From an uncultured bacterium (GTDB lineage: Bacteria > Babelota > Babeliae > Babelales > Vermiphilaceae): 64,000 bases of DNA. The first letter of the stretch is position 1. Each line of letters opens with the position of its first letter. The notes under the pieces are model-generated. The model was given only the letters and a program-made list of their open reading frames with translations, was not told where the DNA came from and searched no databases. Where the stretch lies: the NCBI GenBank assembly GCA_963695335.1, contig OY968764.1:736001-800000 (forward strand), written 5' to 3'. Of the stretch, positions 1 to 7,811 are shown in pieces. A program made the position numbers and the translations under genes.

Positions 1-2
1 AT

Positions 3-1337
3 ACACTTGTTGCCATTCGCAAAAAATCACCGTTGTGTGTGGGGGTTGGCGATGGAGAGATGTTTATAGCTTCCGATGTGATTGCATTTGCAGGTAAAAC
101 GGATAATGTTTTCTTCTTGCCCGATGAAAGCTTTGCGTTTGTTGATAAACATGGCATTAAAGCATATAATTTTGCTGGTCAAGAAATTCCTGTCACCATA
201 GAAAAAACAAATGTCTCTTTTGATAACATTGATAAAGGTGGTCATGAACATTTTATGCTCAAAGAGATTTATGAACAAAAAAATGCGATTGCAAAAACTG
301 TTGCAGGGTTGCGATCTTTAGGTTCCTCTTTATGGGATCAACTTGGCACAACCGCCACAAAAATAGAAAATCTTAAAGGCATATCATTATTAGCATGCGG
401 AACATCATGGCATGCAGCGCGCATAGCGCAATTTTTTTTTGAATCAATCAGTAACATTCCTGTTTCTGTTCACCTTGCCTCCGAGTTTAGGCACCAGGTG
501 TTTTTCCCTGAGCAAGATACGTTGTATATTTTTATTTCACAGTCTGGTGAAACCGCCGATGTTCTTGAAGCATTACGATTAATTAATGAATATGATCTAT
601 TAACTGTTGCTCTGACGAATGTTGCAACAAGTACCGTTGTGCGAGAAGCAAAAGGGTATTTGCAAACGCATGCAGGGCCAGAGATTGCAGTTGCATCTAC
701 CAAAGCATTTTCTACGCAGCTTGCAGCACTGTATTGGTTGGCGCATCGCATTGCGCTTGAAAAGAAGGTGATTGAAGTTGCAACATTGTCTCAGGCTGAG
801 CAAGATTTATTGCATGCAGCAGATTTGATGGAAAAAAATCTAGAAAAATATCGAGATGTGATTGATACCACATATGCTCCTTTGTATGCGCAGCATAATA
901 AAGCGATGTTTTTGGGCAGATATATGAGTTATCCACTTGCAATGGAAAGTGCATTAAAAATAAAAGAAGTGGCGTATGTATTTGCAGCGAGTTACCCTGC
1001 AGGCGAACTGAAACATGGTTCTCTTGCTCTTGTTGATGACACTGTTCCTGTCTATGTTTTTTCTTATCCAGATCCAACAATTTATCAAAAGTTTGTTTCT
1101 AACGTGCATGAAGTTAAAGCACGTGGTGGGCATGTGATTGCATTTGCGTATGAAGGGCAGCATGAGTTGTGTGAATTGGCCGAAACGGCATTTGTTATTT
1201 CTGGTGAATTTCCACCATTGCTTGGTGTATTGGTAACACTCGGCGTGATGCAATATTTTGTGTACGCGGTCGCTCGCGAGCGTGGATGCCCGATCGATAA
1301 ACCGCGTAATTTAGCAAAATCCGTGACGGTTGAATAG
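3..1337 (+). CDS. glmS: Glutamine--fructose-6-phosphate aminotransferase (5' truncated by window edge)
   Basis: HFMLKEIYEQ, CGTSWHA, SQSGETAD, GPEIAVASTKAF, GELKHG and C-terminal DKPRNLAKSVTVE motifs. Confidence 0.98.
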   Translation, partial: TLVAIRKKSPLCVGVGDGEMFIASDVIAFAGKTDNVFFLPDESFAFVDKHGIKAYNFAGQEIPVTIEKTNVSFDNIDKGGHEHFMLKEIYEQKNAIAKTVAGLRSLGSSLWDQLGTTATKIENLKGISLLACGTSWHAARIAQFFFESISNIPVSVHLASEFRHQVFFPEQDTLYIFISQSGETADVLEALRLINEYDLLTVALTNVATSTVVREAKGYLQTHAGPEIAVASTKAFSTQLAALYWLAHRIALEKKVIEVATLSQAEQDLLHAADLMEKNLEKYRDVIDTTYAPLYAQHNKAMFLGRYMSYPLAMESALKIKEVAYVFAASYPAGELKHGSLALVDDTVPVYVFSYPDPTIYQKFVSNVHEVKARGGHVIAFAYEGQHELCELAETAFVISGEFPPLLGVLVTLGVMQYFVYAVARERGCPIDKPRNLAKSVTVE

Positions 1338-1340
1338 AAA

Positions 1341-1697
1341 TTACTCTTTATATGTGAGTTGTATATTGTACTTTTCTCTAAGAGATTTCTCCAGTGAGTC
1401 TAGTTTATTGTTTCGGATTCCATTATTCTGAATCTCTTTGCAAAGAGATAAATAATTTTGCATAATAATAGCACGTAACAATTCATTATTTTCTTTGAGT
1501 AAATTGTTATTTTGTTCGTTTTGTTGGATGATTTTGTGGAGTAATTCATTGTTGTTATACATTGGTGTGTTTGTGTAAAAAGATCTTATTCTTTTAATTT
1601 GTTTTATTGAAGATGCTTTGGTTAACATAGCAAGTGAGTTGTTGGTAATGGTGAGTGCGCATGCAGTTGTAACTAAAAGTGCTGTTGACTTTTTCAC
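1341..1697 (-). CDS. Small secreted coiled-coil protein, array member 1 (putative mitochondrial presequence)
   Basis: GTG start with AAAGGA RBS; signal peptide MKKSTALLVTTACALTITNNSLA; ENNELLRAIIMQN core shared with neighbours. Confidence 0.8.
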   Translation of the reverse strand: MKKSTALLVTTACALTITNNSLAMLTKASSIKQIKRIRSFYTNTPMYNNNELLHKIIQQNEQNNNLLKENNELLRAIIMQNYLSLCKEIQNNGIRNNKLDSLEKSLREKYNIQLTYKE

Positions 1698-1737
1698 AGA
1701 ATATCCTTTTGTTTAATTGTTTTTTGTTTGGCATAGT

Positions 1738-1764
1738 CTAGCAAAATCAGTTACGGTTGAATAG
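1738..1764 (+). repeat. Second copy of glmS 3' end (LAKSVTVE*)
   Basis: CTAGCAAAATCAGTTACGGTTGAATAG versus glmS 1311-1337 TTAGCAAAATCCGTGACGGTTGAATAG. Confidence 0.92.
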
Positions 1765-1779
1765 AAAATTATTTTTTTA

Positions 1780-2097
1780 ACGTGGGTTCGACTTAAGTAA
1801 AATATTATACGTTTTAATGAATTATTCCTCCGCGCTCGCCCTGAACTTGTTGAAGGGTATCTTTGAGCGCACTTCTAATAACAATAGAAAAACAACAAAG
1901 TTTCTATTCTTTAGTGATGATTAAAAAAGAAAAATATTTTTTATTAAAAAAAGAAACCGCGCTCAAAGATATCCTTTTACCCCAATTTCCATTTCATTCC
2001 AATCGGGGACCCCGTCGGAAGGAACTGAAGATGGGGAGTTGCTGACGAGCGCGTAAGATCAAATAATTTTTTAACTTTTCTTAGATTGAACTCACGT
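1780..2097 (-). mobile_element. IS982-derived MITE (318 bp, no transposase)
   Basis: Ends match the 18-bp IR of the IS982 at 37373 (15/18 and 17/18); flanked by 8-bp direct repeat TTTTTTTA (1772-1779, 2098-2105). Confidence 0.85.
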
Positions 2098-2102
2098 TTT
2101 TT

Positions 2103-2483
2103 TTATGACAATAAGGCGTTTTTATATTGCTGTAATTCTAGCAGCCTTTGCGCAAGAGCCGTCATTTCATGCTCTTCTAAGGCATATTCCATTTGCGTTC
2201 TTGGTTTGTTAGACCATTTTTCAATTTGATCAAGAACTTTATTTTGTTCAGTTATGCATCCCATGAGTAGCGTATTCTGTTTTTCTAAGATACTGTTTTT
2301 TGCTTTGATTGTATGACGATCCATGACTACTTGTACTCGTTGCATTGCTGCCAGTTCTTTGTTGTGCGTAGAAAATGAACGTATTTTTTTTGGACATAAA
2401 GCTTGTTTGATGAGCATTCCGGATGCATTGTTGATTGTTAATGCGCATGCAGTGCTGAGTAAAAGTGTGTTTATTTTTTTCAT
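2103..2483 (-). CDS. Small secreted coiled-coil protein, array member 2 (putative mitochondrial presequence)
   Basis: Signal peptide MKKINTLLLSTACALTINNASG followed by MLIKQALCPKKIRSFST. Confidence 0.8.
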   Translation of the reverse strand: MKKINTLLLSTACALTINNASGMLIKQALCPKKIRSFSTHNKELAAMQRVQVVMDRHTIKAKNSILEKQNTLLMGCITEQNKVLDQIEKWSNKPRTQMEYALEEHEMTALAQRLLELQQYKNALLS

Positions 2484-2525
2484 GAAATGTCTTTCTCTTT
2501 TTATTGTTTTTTTGTTTGGCGTAGC

Positions 2526-2552
2526 TTAGCAAAATCAGTCACGGTTGAATAG
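2526..2552 (+). repeat. Third copy of glmS 3' end (LAKSVTVE*)
   Basis: TTAGCAAAATCAGTCACGGTTGAATAG; differs from glmS only at third codon positions. Confidence 0.92.
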
Positions 2553-2556
2553 GAAT

Positions 2557-2943
2557 TTATTCCTTGGTATTAATTTTGAGGTTATATTGTTTTTCGAGTT
2601 TTTGATGCAAAGTGTTCAATGTTACATAATGATTAGCAGTTGGCATTTTAGACAAGCAATTGTGCAGGATCGAAAAGTATAGAACATTTTGTTGAAGTAG
2701 AGCGCGTAGCAATGCATTATTCTCTTTATTTTGTTCAATAATTTCGCGTAATAAATCCCTGTTATCTTTTGTTGAAATGTTAAGATCACTCTTTTGAAAT
2801 ATAAGGGGATGATCATGAGAGCTTGTTTTTGTACAGAAAGATCTTAGTTTTTTTATGTGGAAAGATTTTGTGGTTAACATACCACATGAGTTGCTGGTGA
2901 TAGCAAGTGTGCATGTCAGCAATAATTCTTTATTTATCTTCAT
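2557..2943 (-). CDS. Small secreted coiled-coil protein, array member 3
   Basis: Leader LLLTCTLAITSNSCG-M; ENNALLRALLQQN core; C-terminus similar to member 1. Confidence 0.8.
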   Translation of the reverse strand: MKINKELLLTCTLAITSNSCGMLTTKSFHIKKLRSFCTKTSSHDHPLIFQKSDLNISTKDNRDLLREIIEQNKENNALLRALLQQNVLYFSILHNCLSKMPTANHYVTLNTLHQKLEKQYNLKINTKE

Positions 2944-3308
2944 CTGAGATACTCCAAAGAAAGATCGTTGAGTCTTTCGGCCATATACGTTTCTTTTATT
3001 TTTGATGCGATTTTATATTTGTTTTCAAGTTTGTCTTTTTCAGAACATGAATAAGCAATTGCTCTTGGAGAACAAAGTTCAGTATGAAGATTTTGGTGTA
3101 GGTGGTTTAAGTAATTTTGTTGTATTATAACTCTATTTTGGCGTTTAATGTCACGTAATAATTTGTTATTTTCTTGCAATTCAGCTACAACGTCAAAAGA
3201 GACTGAATCATAATCAATTACATTTTGATCAGTCTCTTTTTTCATGGTAAATGAGTTGCTGGTAATGGTAAGTGCGCAGGTGAGTAAAAGTGCTGTTGTT
3301 TTTTTCAT
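2940..3308 (-). CDS. Small secreted coiled-coil protein, array member 4
   Basis: Leader LLLTCALTITSNSFT-M; QENNKLLRDIKRQN core; ATGA overlap with neighbours. Confidence 0.8.
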   Translation of the reverse strand: MKKTTALLLTCALTITSNSFTMKKETDQNVIDYDSVSFDVVAELQENNKLLRDIKRQNRVIIQQNYLNHLHQNLHTELCSPRAIAYSCSEKDKLENKYKIASKIKETYMAERLNDLSLEYLR

Positions 3309-3679
3309 ATCTTATCGTATTTTGTTTCGTCTTCGTACAGTTTTCTCATCATATCTCGATATGTGAATTCTGCTTTTTTTTCTGATTTTCCGTAAGCGAG
3401 GCTTCTGTGGGTTTCAACAAGGATTATTTCATGCTCAAAGCTTATATGGTTTTGACTTATAATAACTTTATTTTGGCGTTGGATATCTTTTAATAGTTTG
3501 TTGTTTTCTTGTAATAACGCGTTATTTTTTTCTTGTAATTGTCGTTTTTCGATTTTCTCCAGTTTTCTATTTTGCTTGGATATTGTTTCTTCGTGTTCCA
3601 TGCCACATGAGTTGTTGGTAATGGCAAGTGTGCATGTGAGTAAAGCTGCTGTTATTTTCTTCATAATTATCCTTTTCAT
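3305..3679 (-). CDS. Small secreted coiled-coil protein, array member 5 (start may be 3664)
   Basis: Leader ALLTCTLAITNNSCG-ME; QENNKLLKDIQRQN core. Confidence 0.8.
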   Translation of the reverse strand: MKRIIMKKITAALLTCTLAITNNSCGMEHEETISKQNRKLEKIEKRQLQEKNNALLQENNKLLKDIQRQNKVIISQNHISFEHEIILVETHRSLAYGKSEKKAEFTYRDMMRKLYEDETKYDKI

Positions 3680-4077
3680 TCTGATAACAAAATAGATGGT
3701 GTGTGTGTTATTTGATCAATCATCAATTGTGCTTCTGAATAATTGAGAAAATCTCTATTAAGAAGTTCATTGCCGTTGATGACATTAGTAGCATGATTTT
3801 GTTGTGCTTGTAACCTATTTATACTGTTTTGAATACGCAATTTTTCCAATTCAAGGTCACAAATTATCGCATCATTTCTATCATTAAGATCAGCCAATAA
3901 TTTTTTCTGTTCATGTTTTGTTGCTTTTTTAGAGTTGAATATATTTTTGGTGGGCAAGTGATAAGGTTTTATGTTTATTTGCTTTGTTGTGGATAACATT
4001 GTTTTGGGTAACATGCTTAATGAGTTGCCAGGAATAAACAGTGCACTTGTAAGTAAAACTATTATTATTGTTTTCAT
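3676..4077 (-). CDS. Small secreted protein, array member 6
   Basis: Leader MKTIIIVLLTSALFIPGNSLS-ML; basic, acid-free mature N-terminus. Confidence 0.75.
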   Translation of the reverse strand: MKTIIIVLLTSALFIPGNSLSMLPKTMLSTTKQINIKPYHLPTKNIFNSKKATKHEQKKLLADLNDRNDAIICDLELEKLRIQNSINRLQAQQNHATNVINGNELLNRDFLNYSEAQLMIDQITHTPSILLSE

Positions 4078-4523
4078 ATAATAGAGTCTTCTGTTTTACT
4101 GCTTTTTTTTGTTTGAGAGGTTTTTGGCTTTGTTTGACTTGTCATTGGAATATGAAGCGTTTCATCATCCAATTGTTTATTGTGTGATTTGTATATTTGT
4201 TCGAAGGTTACTAGAGCATCTTTAGCGTGTTGGTCTTTAGATTTTCTAGGGTCATTTTTCATGCTATCTTGATATTCGATATTTGCTTTGTTTTGCATGA
4301 GCATGGTATGCAATAAGACATTAGTTTTATTTACTGCTTTAAGGTTTTGTTCTAACAACTCATCTGTTGGATTATTGTTGCTTGATTTTCTACTGATGGT
4401 ACTGCTCGATTCTGATGTATTATTTGTGGTGAGATTAAGACATTCTTCTATATCCATTTCCATGCCTTGGATATGGTTGAAGATGAATAGAGTGGTAAGT
4501 AAAAAGAGCGTTGTTTTTTTCAT
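4074..4523 (-). CDS. Small secreted protein, array member 7
   Basis: Leader MKKTTLFLLTTLFIFNHIQG-ME; KTNVLLHTMLMQN variant of the core. Confidence 0.75.
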   Translation of the reverse strand: MKKTTLFLLTTLFIFNHIQGMEMDIEECLNLTTNNTSESSSTISRKSSNNNPTDELLEQNLKAVNKTNVLLHTMLMQNKANIEYQDSMKNDPRKSKDQHAKDALVTFEQIYKSHNKQLDDETLHIPMTSQTKPKTSQTKKSSKTEDSII

Positions 4524-4576
4524 TACCAGACCTTTTTTTATTTTTTTATCAATCATTACATGAAATTATATTTTGT

Positions 4577-4667
4577 TCAAATACTGTATTTTGACCAAAA
4601 TTAAACTGAATTTATATTGAATTTTAACCAAAAATATGTCATATTTATATTGAATTTCAACCAAAAA
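4577..4667 (+). repeat. Three 33-bp-period direct repeats upstream of the AAA ATPase
   Basis: ATTTATATTGAATTT(T/C)AACCAAAAA at 4610 and 4643; degenerate copy at about 4577. Confidence 0.75.
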
Positions 4668-4669
4668 AC

Positions 4670-6031
4670 ATGAGGATGTATGGAATGAAACGTATTATTG
4701 ATTACTATTTACATAGCTGGAAATACGATCTCCTTCGTAAGCCGTTATTGTTGCGCGGCGCCCGTCAGGTTGGCAAGACGCATGCAGCACGCATTTTGGG
4801 TAAAACATTTCCTGATTTTTTTGAAATTAACTTAGAAAGTCAACCAGCAGCGCATATTATTTTTGAAAAAGATCTGCAACCAGATAGGATCATCAGAGAG
4901 TTATCAGCATTTATGCAAAAACCAATTGTTCCTGGTAAAACATTATTATTTATTGATGAAATTCAAGCTGTTCCGCGGGCCATTTTGGCGCTGCGGTATT
5001 TTTATGAGCAAATGCCAGAATTGCATGTTATTGCCGCAGGATCGTTACTTGATTTTGCTATTGAAGAAGTTGGTATTCCTGTAGGGCGTGTTGAAAGTTT
5101 GTATATGCACCCAGTTTCATTTATTGAATTTTTATGTGCAACATCATCAGATATTTTGGTAGGAGCTTTATTTAAACATGTGAACACCAATCCAATCAGT
5201 GATATTGTACATCAACAACTGTTACAAGTTCTTGGTGAATATCTTGCCATTGGAGGGATGCCAGAAGCGGTGAAATGTTGGCAAGAAACAAAAGATGTAT
5301 TGAAATGTCCAAAAATTCATAAATCTATTCTATCTACCTATCGTCAAGATTTTGGCAAGTATACAAGAAAGCTGCAGGTAAAATATGTTGAACTTATTTT
5401 TCAATATATTCCGATGCAGCTTGGTCAAAAATTTAAATATACGGTTATAGAAGGTGAGTTTAGAAAACGTGAGCTTGCGCCAGCATTAGATCTTTTAGTA
5501 ACTGCAGGTGTTGCACAAAAAGTATATCATTCTGCTGGACAAGGAATTCCATTAGATGCGCAAGTTGATCCTCTTGATTATAAAGTTATTTTTCTTGATG
5601 TAGCACTTTCGCAACAAATGCTTGGATTGCAAACGTCTGGTTGGTACATAGACTCTTTAACTGAATTTGTGAATAAAGGGTCGTTGATTGAATCTTTTGT
5701 TGGGCAGGAAATATTGACCTATATGGACCCTTCAAGTTATCCAGCGCTGTATTACTGGCATAAGGAAACACGGGGCAGCAACGCTGAGATTGATTATTTA
5801 GTTCAACAAGAGGGGTATGTTGTACCGATCGAAGTAAAAAGTGGCGAAGGTCGTACATTAAAAAGTATGCAAACATTTCTTGAGTCGCATACCAAATCTT
5901 CATATGGCATTCGATTTTCCATACAAAATTATTCTGAATATAATAATGTGCGTTCTTATCCATTGTATGCAGTGTTTCAATTGGGTATGTGGGATAATGA
6001 ATTGCGTAAAGCGATTGAATTCCTTGTATAA
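4670..6031 (+). CDS. AAA_14/DUF4143-type ATP-binding protein
   Basis: GARQVGKT Walker A, LLFIDEIQ Walker B, GGMPE, and EIDY...PIEVKSG PD-(D/E)xK-like tail. Confidence 0.9.
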   Translation: MRMYGMKRIIDYYLHSWKYDLLRKPLLLRGARQVGKTHAARILGKTFPDFFEINLESQPAAHIIFEKDLQPDRIIRELSAFMQKPIVPGKTLLFIDEIQAVPRAILALRYFYEQMPELHVIAAGSLLDFAIEEVGIPVGRVESLYMHPVSFIEFLCATSSDILVGALFKHVNTNPISDIVHQQLLQVLGEYLAIGGMPEAVKCWQETKDVLKCPKIHKSILSTYRQDFGKYTRKLQVKYVELIFQYIPMQLGQKFKYTVIEGEFRKRELAPALDLLVTAGVAQKVYHSAGQGIPLDAQVDPLDYKVIFLDVALSQQMLGLQTSGWYIDSLTEFVNKGSLIESFVGQEILTYMDPSSYPALYYWHKETRGSNAEIDYLVQQEGYVVPIEVKSGEGRTLKSMQTFLESHTKSSYGIRFSIQNYSEYNNVRSYPLYAVFQLGMWDNELRKAIEFLV

Positions 6032-6080
6032 AATCAAATTTTTAAGATTCTTGAAAATAGGTGTTTTTTCTAATATCATG

Positions 6081-6113
6081 AGCTAAAGGTAACGCTACAT
6101 GTAACCTTTAGCT
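6081..6113. promoter_or_regulatory. Inverted-repeat operator upstream of the AbiE pair
   Basis: AGCTAAAGGT-N13-ACCTTTAGCT, ending 16 bp before the antitoxin ATG. Confidence 0.6.
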
Positions 6114-6129
6114 TACAATTGGAGAAAAA

Positions 6130-6717
6130 ATGGAAAAAAACGTTCTTTTGCAAATTTTCAAATCAAAATCGACTGTATTGTCTTTTAAAGAAATTTTGAT
6201 GGCAGCTGGCCCAATATCATCAGATCTTTTAAAGAGGCGTCTTCATTATTATGTGCAAAATGGAGAACTGTATGCAATTCGTAAAGGTTTTTATGCAAGG
6301 GATAAAAACTATGATCGGCGTGAATTTGCAACTAAATTATTTACTCCATCATATATTAGTTTTGAAACGGTTCTTGCTGAATCGGGTATAATTTTTCAAT
6401 ATTATTCTACTATTTTTGTGGCTACGTATCAGAGTAAAGATCTTGAGTGTGATGGTCAGGAATATTCATATAAAAAACTAAAAGATACCATTCTTGTTAA
6501 CACAACGGGTATTGAAAACAAGGGAGCTTATTTTATTGCTTCTCCTGAAAGAGCGTTTTTGGATGTGTTGTATCTGAATAAGAATTATTATTTTGATAAT
6601 TTGTCTGTGCTTAATTTTGATAAAATATTATCGATACTCCCTATTTATCATAATAAACGAATGGAAGAAGCTGTTTACGCACAATTGAAAGCTTTTAGAG
6701 AAGAGGAGTTGTCATGA
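6130..6717 (+). CDS. AbiEi-like type IV antitoxin / transcriptional regulator
   Basis: GELYAIRKGFY wHTH, PSYISFETVL and ASPERAFLD motifs; coupled to downstream NTase. Confidence 0.8.
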   Translation: MEKNVLLQIFKSKSTVLSFKEILMAAGPISSDLLKRRLHYYVQNGELYAIRKGFYARDKNYDRREFATKLFTPSYISFETVLAESGIIFQYYSTIFVATYQSKDLECDGQEYSYKKLKDTILVNTTGIENKGAYFIASPERAFLDVLYLNKNYYFDNLSVLNFDKILSILPIYHNKRMEEAVYAQLKAFREEELS

Positions 6718-7406
6718 CATTAGAAATAACAGCTCATAAAAATACCTTGCTGCATATTTTAAAAGATATTTATAGTGATGCAACGATGGCGCCGATCTTA
6801 GGTTTTAAGGGCGGAACTGCAGCATATCTCTTTTATGATTTACCTCGATTTTCAGTTGATTTAGATTTTGATATTTTGGATTCTCATCAAGAGGAATATG
6901 TCTTTGAGCAAATACAGAAAATTCTTGAACAATATGGCATAGTAAAAAAAGCACAGAAAAAAAGATTTAGTTTTTTCTTTTTACTTTCTTACGAAAATAA
7001 ACTTCACAATGCATATAACATTAAAGTTGAAATTAACCGTAGAAGTTTTGGATCAGAATATGAAATAAAATCATATCTTGGAATTCCTATGAAAGTTATG
7101 GTGAAACAAGATATGGCGGCACATAAATTAGTTGCTATGTTTGAACGTCTTGGTACAACTAACCGTGATATTTTTGATGTATGGTTTTTTTTGAAAAATA
7201 ATTGGCCAATTAATGAAAAAATTATTGAGTTACGAACAAACATGAGTATGAAGGAGTTTTTAAAGAAATGTATTATTGAGTTGGAAAAGATGAGTGATCG
7301 TGGCATTTTATCAGGATTGGGTGAATTGCTCGATGCGCAGCAAAAAGCGTGGGTTAAAAAACATTTGCGTGTGGAAACCATTTTTTTATTGAAGATGAAA
7401 TTGTAA
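6714..7406 (+). CDS. AbiEii-like nucleotidyltransferase toxin
   Basis: FKGGTA...LPRFSVDLDF, AHKLVA and RDIFD motifs. Confidence 0.88.
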   Translation: MTLEITAHKNTLLHILKDIYSDATMAPILGFKGGTAAYLFYDLPRFSVDLDFDILDSHQEEYVFEQIQKILEQYGIVKKAQKKRFSFFFLLSYENKLHNAYNIKVEINRRSFGSEYEIKSYLGIPMKVMVKQDMAAHKLVAMFERLGTTNRDIFDVWFFLKNNWPINEKIIELRTNMSMKEFLKKCIIELEKMSDRGILSGLGELLDAQQKAWVKKHLRVETIFLLKMKL

Positions 7407-7407
7407 G

Positions 7408-7446
7408 AAAAAGGCCAAAGTATCAGTTTATGACATTTTGGCCTTT
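7408..7446. terminator. Bidirectional terminator-like hairpin
   Basis: AAAAGGCCAAA...TTTGGCCTTTT between convergent genes. Confidence 0.6.
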
Positions 7447-7448
7447 TA

Positions 7449-7784
7449 TTATTCTTTATTCATATCACAATGTCCAAAATCTCTGTCTTTAGTTTTACCA
7501 GGCATTGCAGCGCGCTCGTCTGTTAAGTCTATGGTAACTCCAGAGAGAGATTCAAGTTTGCGTTCTAAGAATGCGTTTTCTTCTTTTAAACGTTTGTTCT
7601 CTTGCATAGTTTTGTGTAGCAATTTAGCTTGAGGAAATTCTGGAGGAAGTATTGAGTCGTAGCGTAATCGTTTTTGATTGTTTTTTTTGATGAGCTTTAG
7701 CGCAGATTTTTTTGTTGCAAGCATGCTGAATGCGGTTGTGCTGATTAAAGAGTTAAGAGCGCACAGAATTATTATTTTTTTCAT
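7449..7784 (-). CDS. Small secreted protein with basic post-signal segment and short coiled coil
   Basis: MKKIIILCALNSLISTTAFS-MLATKKSALKLIKK. Confidence 0.7.
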   Translation of the reverse strand: MKKIIILCALNSLISTTAFSMLATKKSALKLIKKNNQKRLRYDSILPPEFPQAKLLHKTMQENKRLKEENAFLERKLESLSGVTIDLTDERAAMPGKTKDRDFGHCDMNKE

Positions 7785-7811
7785 TACAGTTCATTTCTTT
7801 TTTTTGTGTGT

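Noticed and set aside
1863..2045. 60-aa ORF
   Set aside because: Lies inside the MITE and reads through palindromic repeats; no protein features.
1311..2552. CRISPR array formed by the 27-bp glmS-like repeats
   Set aside because: Spacing is hundreds of bp and contains genes; the repeat is coding sequence; no cas genes.
1338..7800. Tn7 insertion at attTn7 downstream of glmS
   Set aside because: No tnsABCD/tniQ genes and no Tn7-type ends seen; Tn7 does not duplicate the glmS tail.
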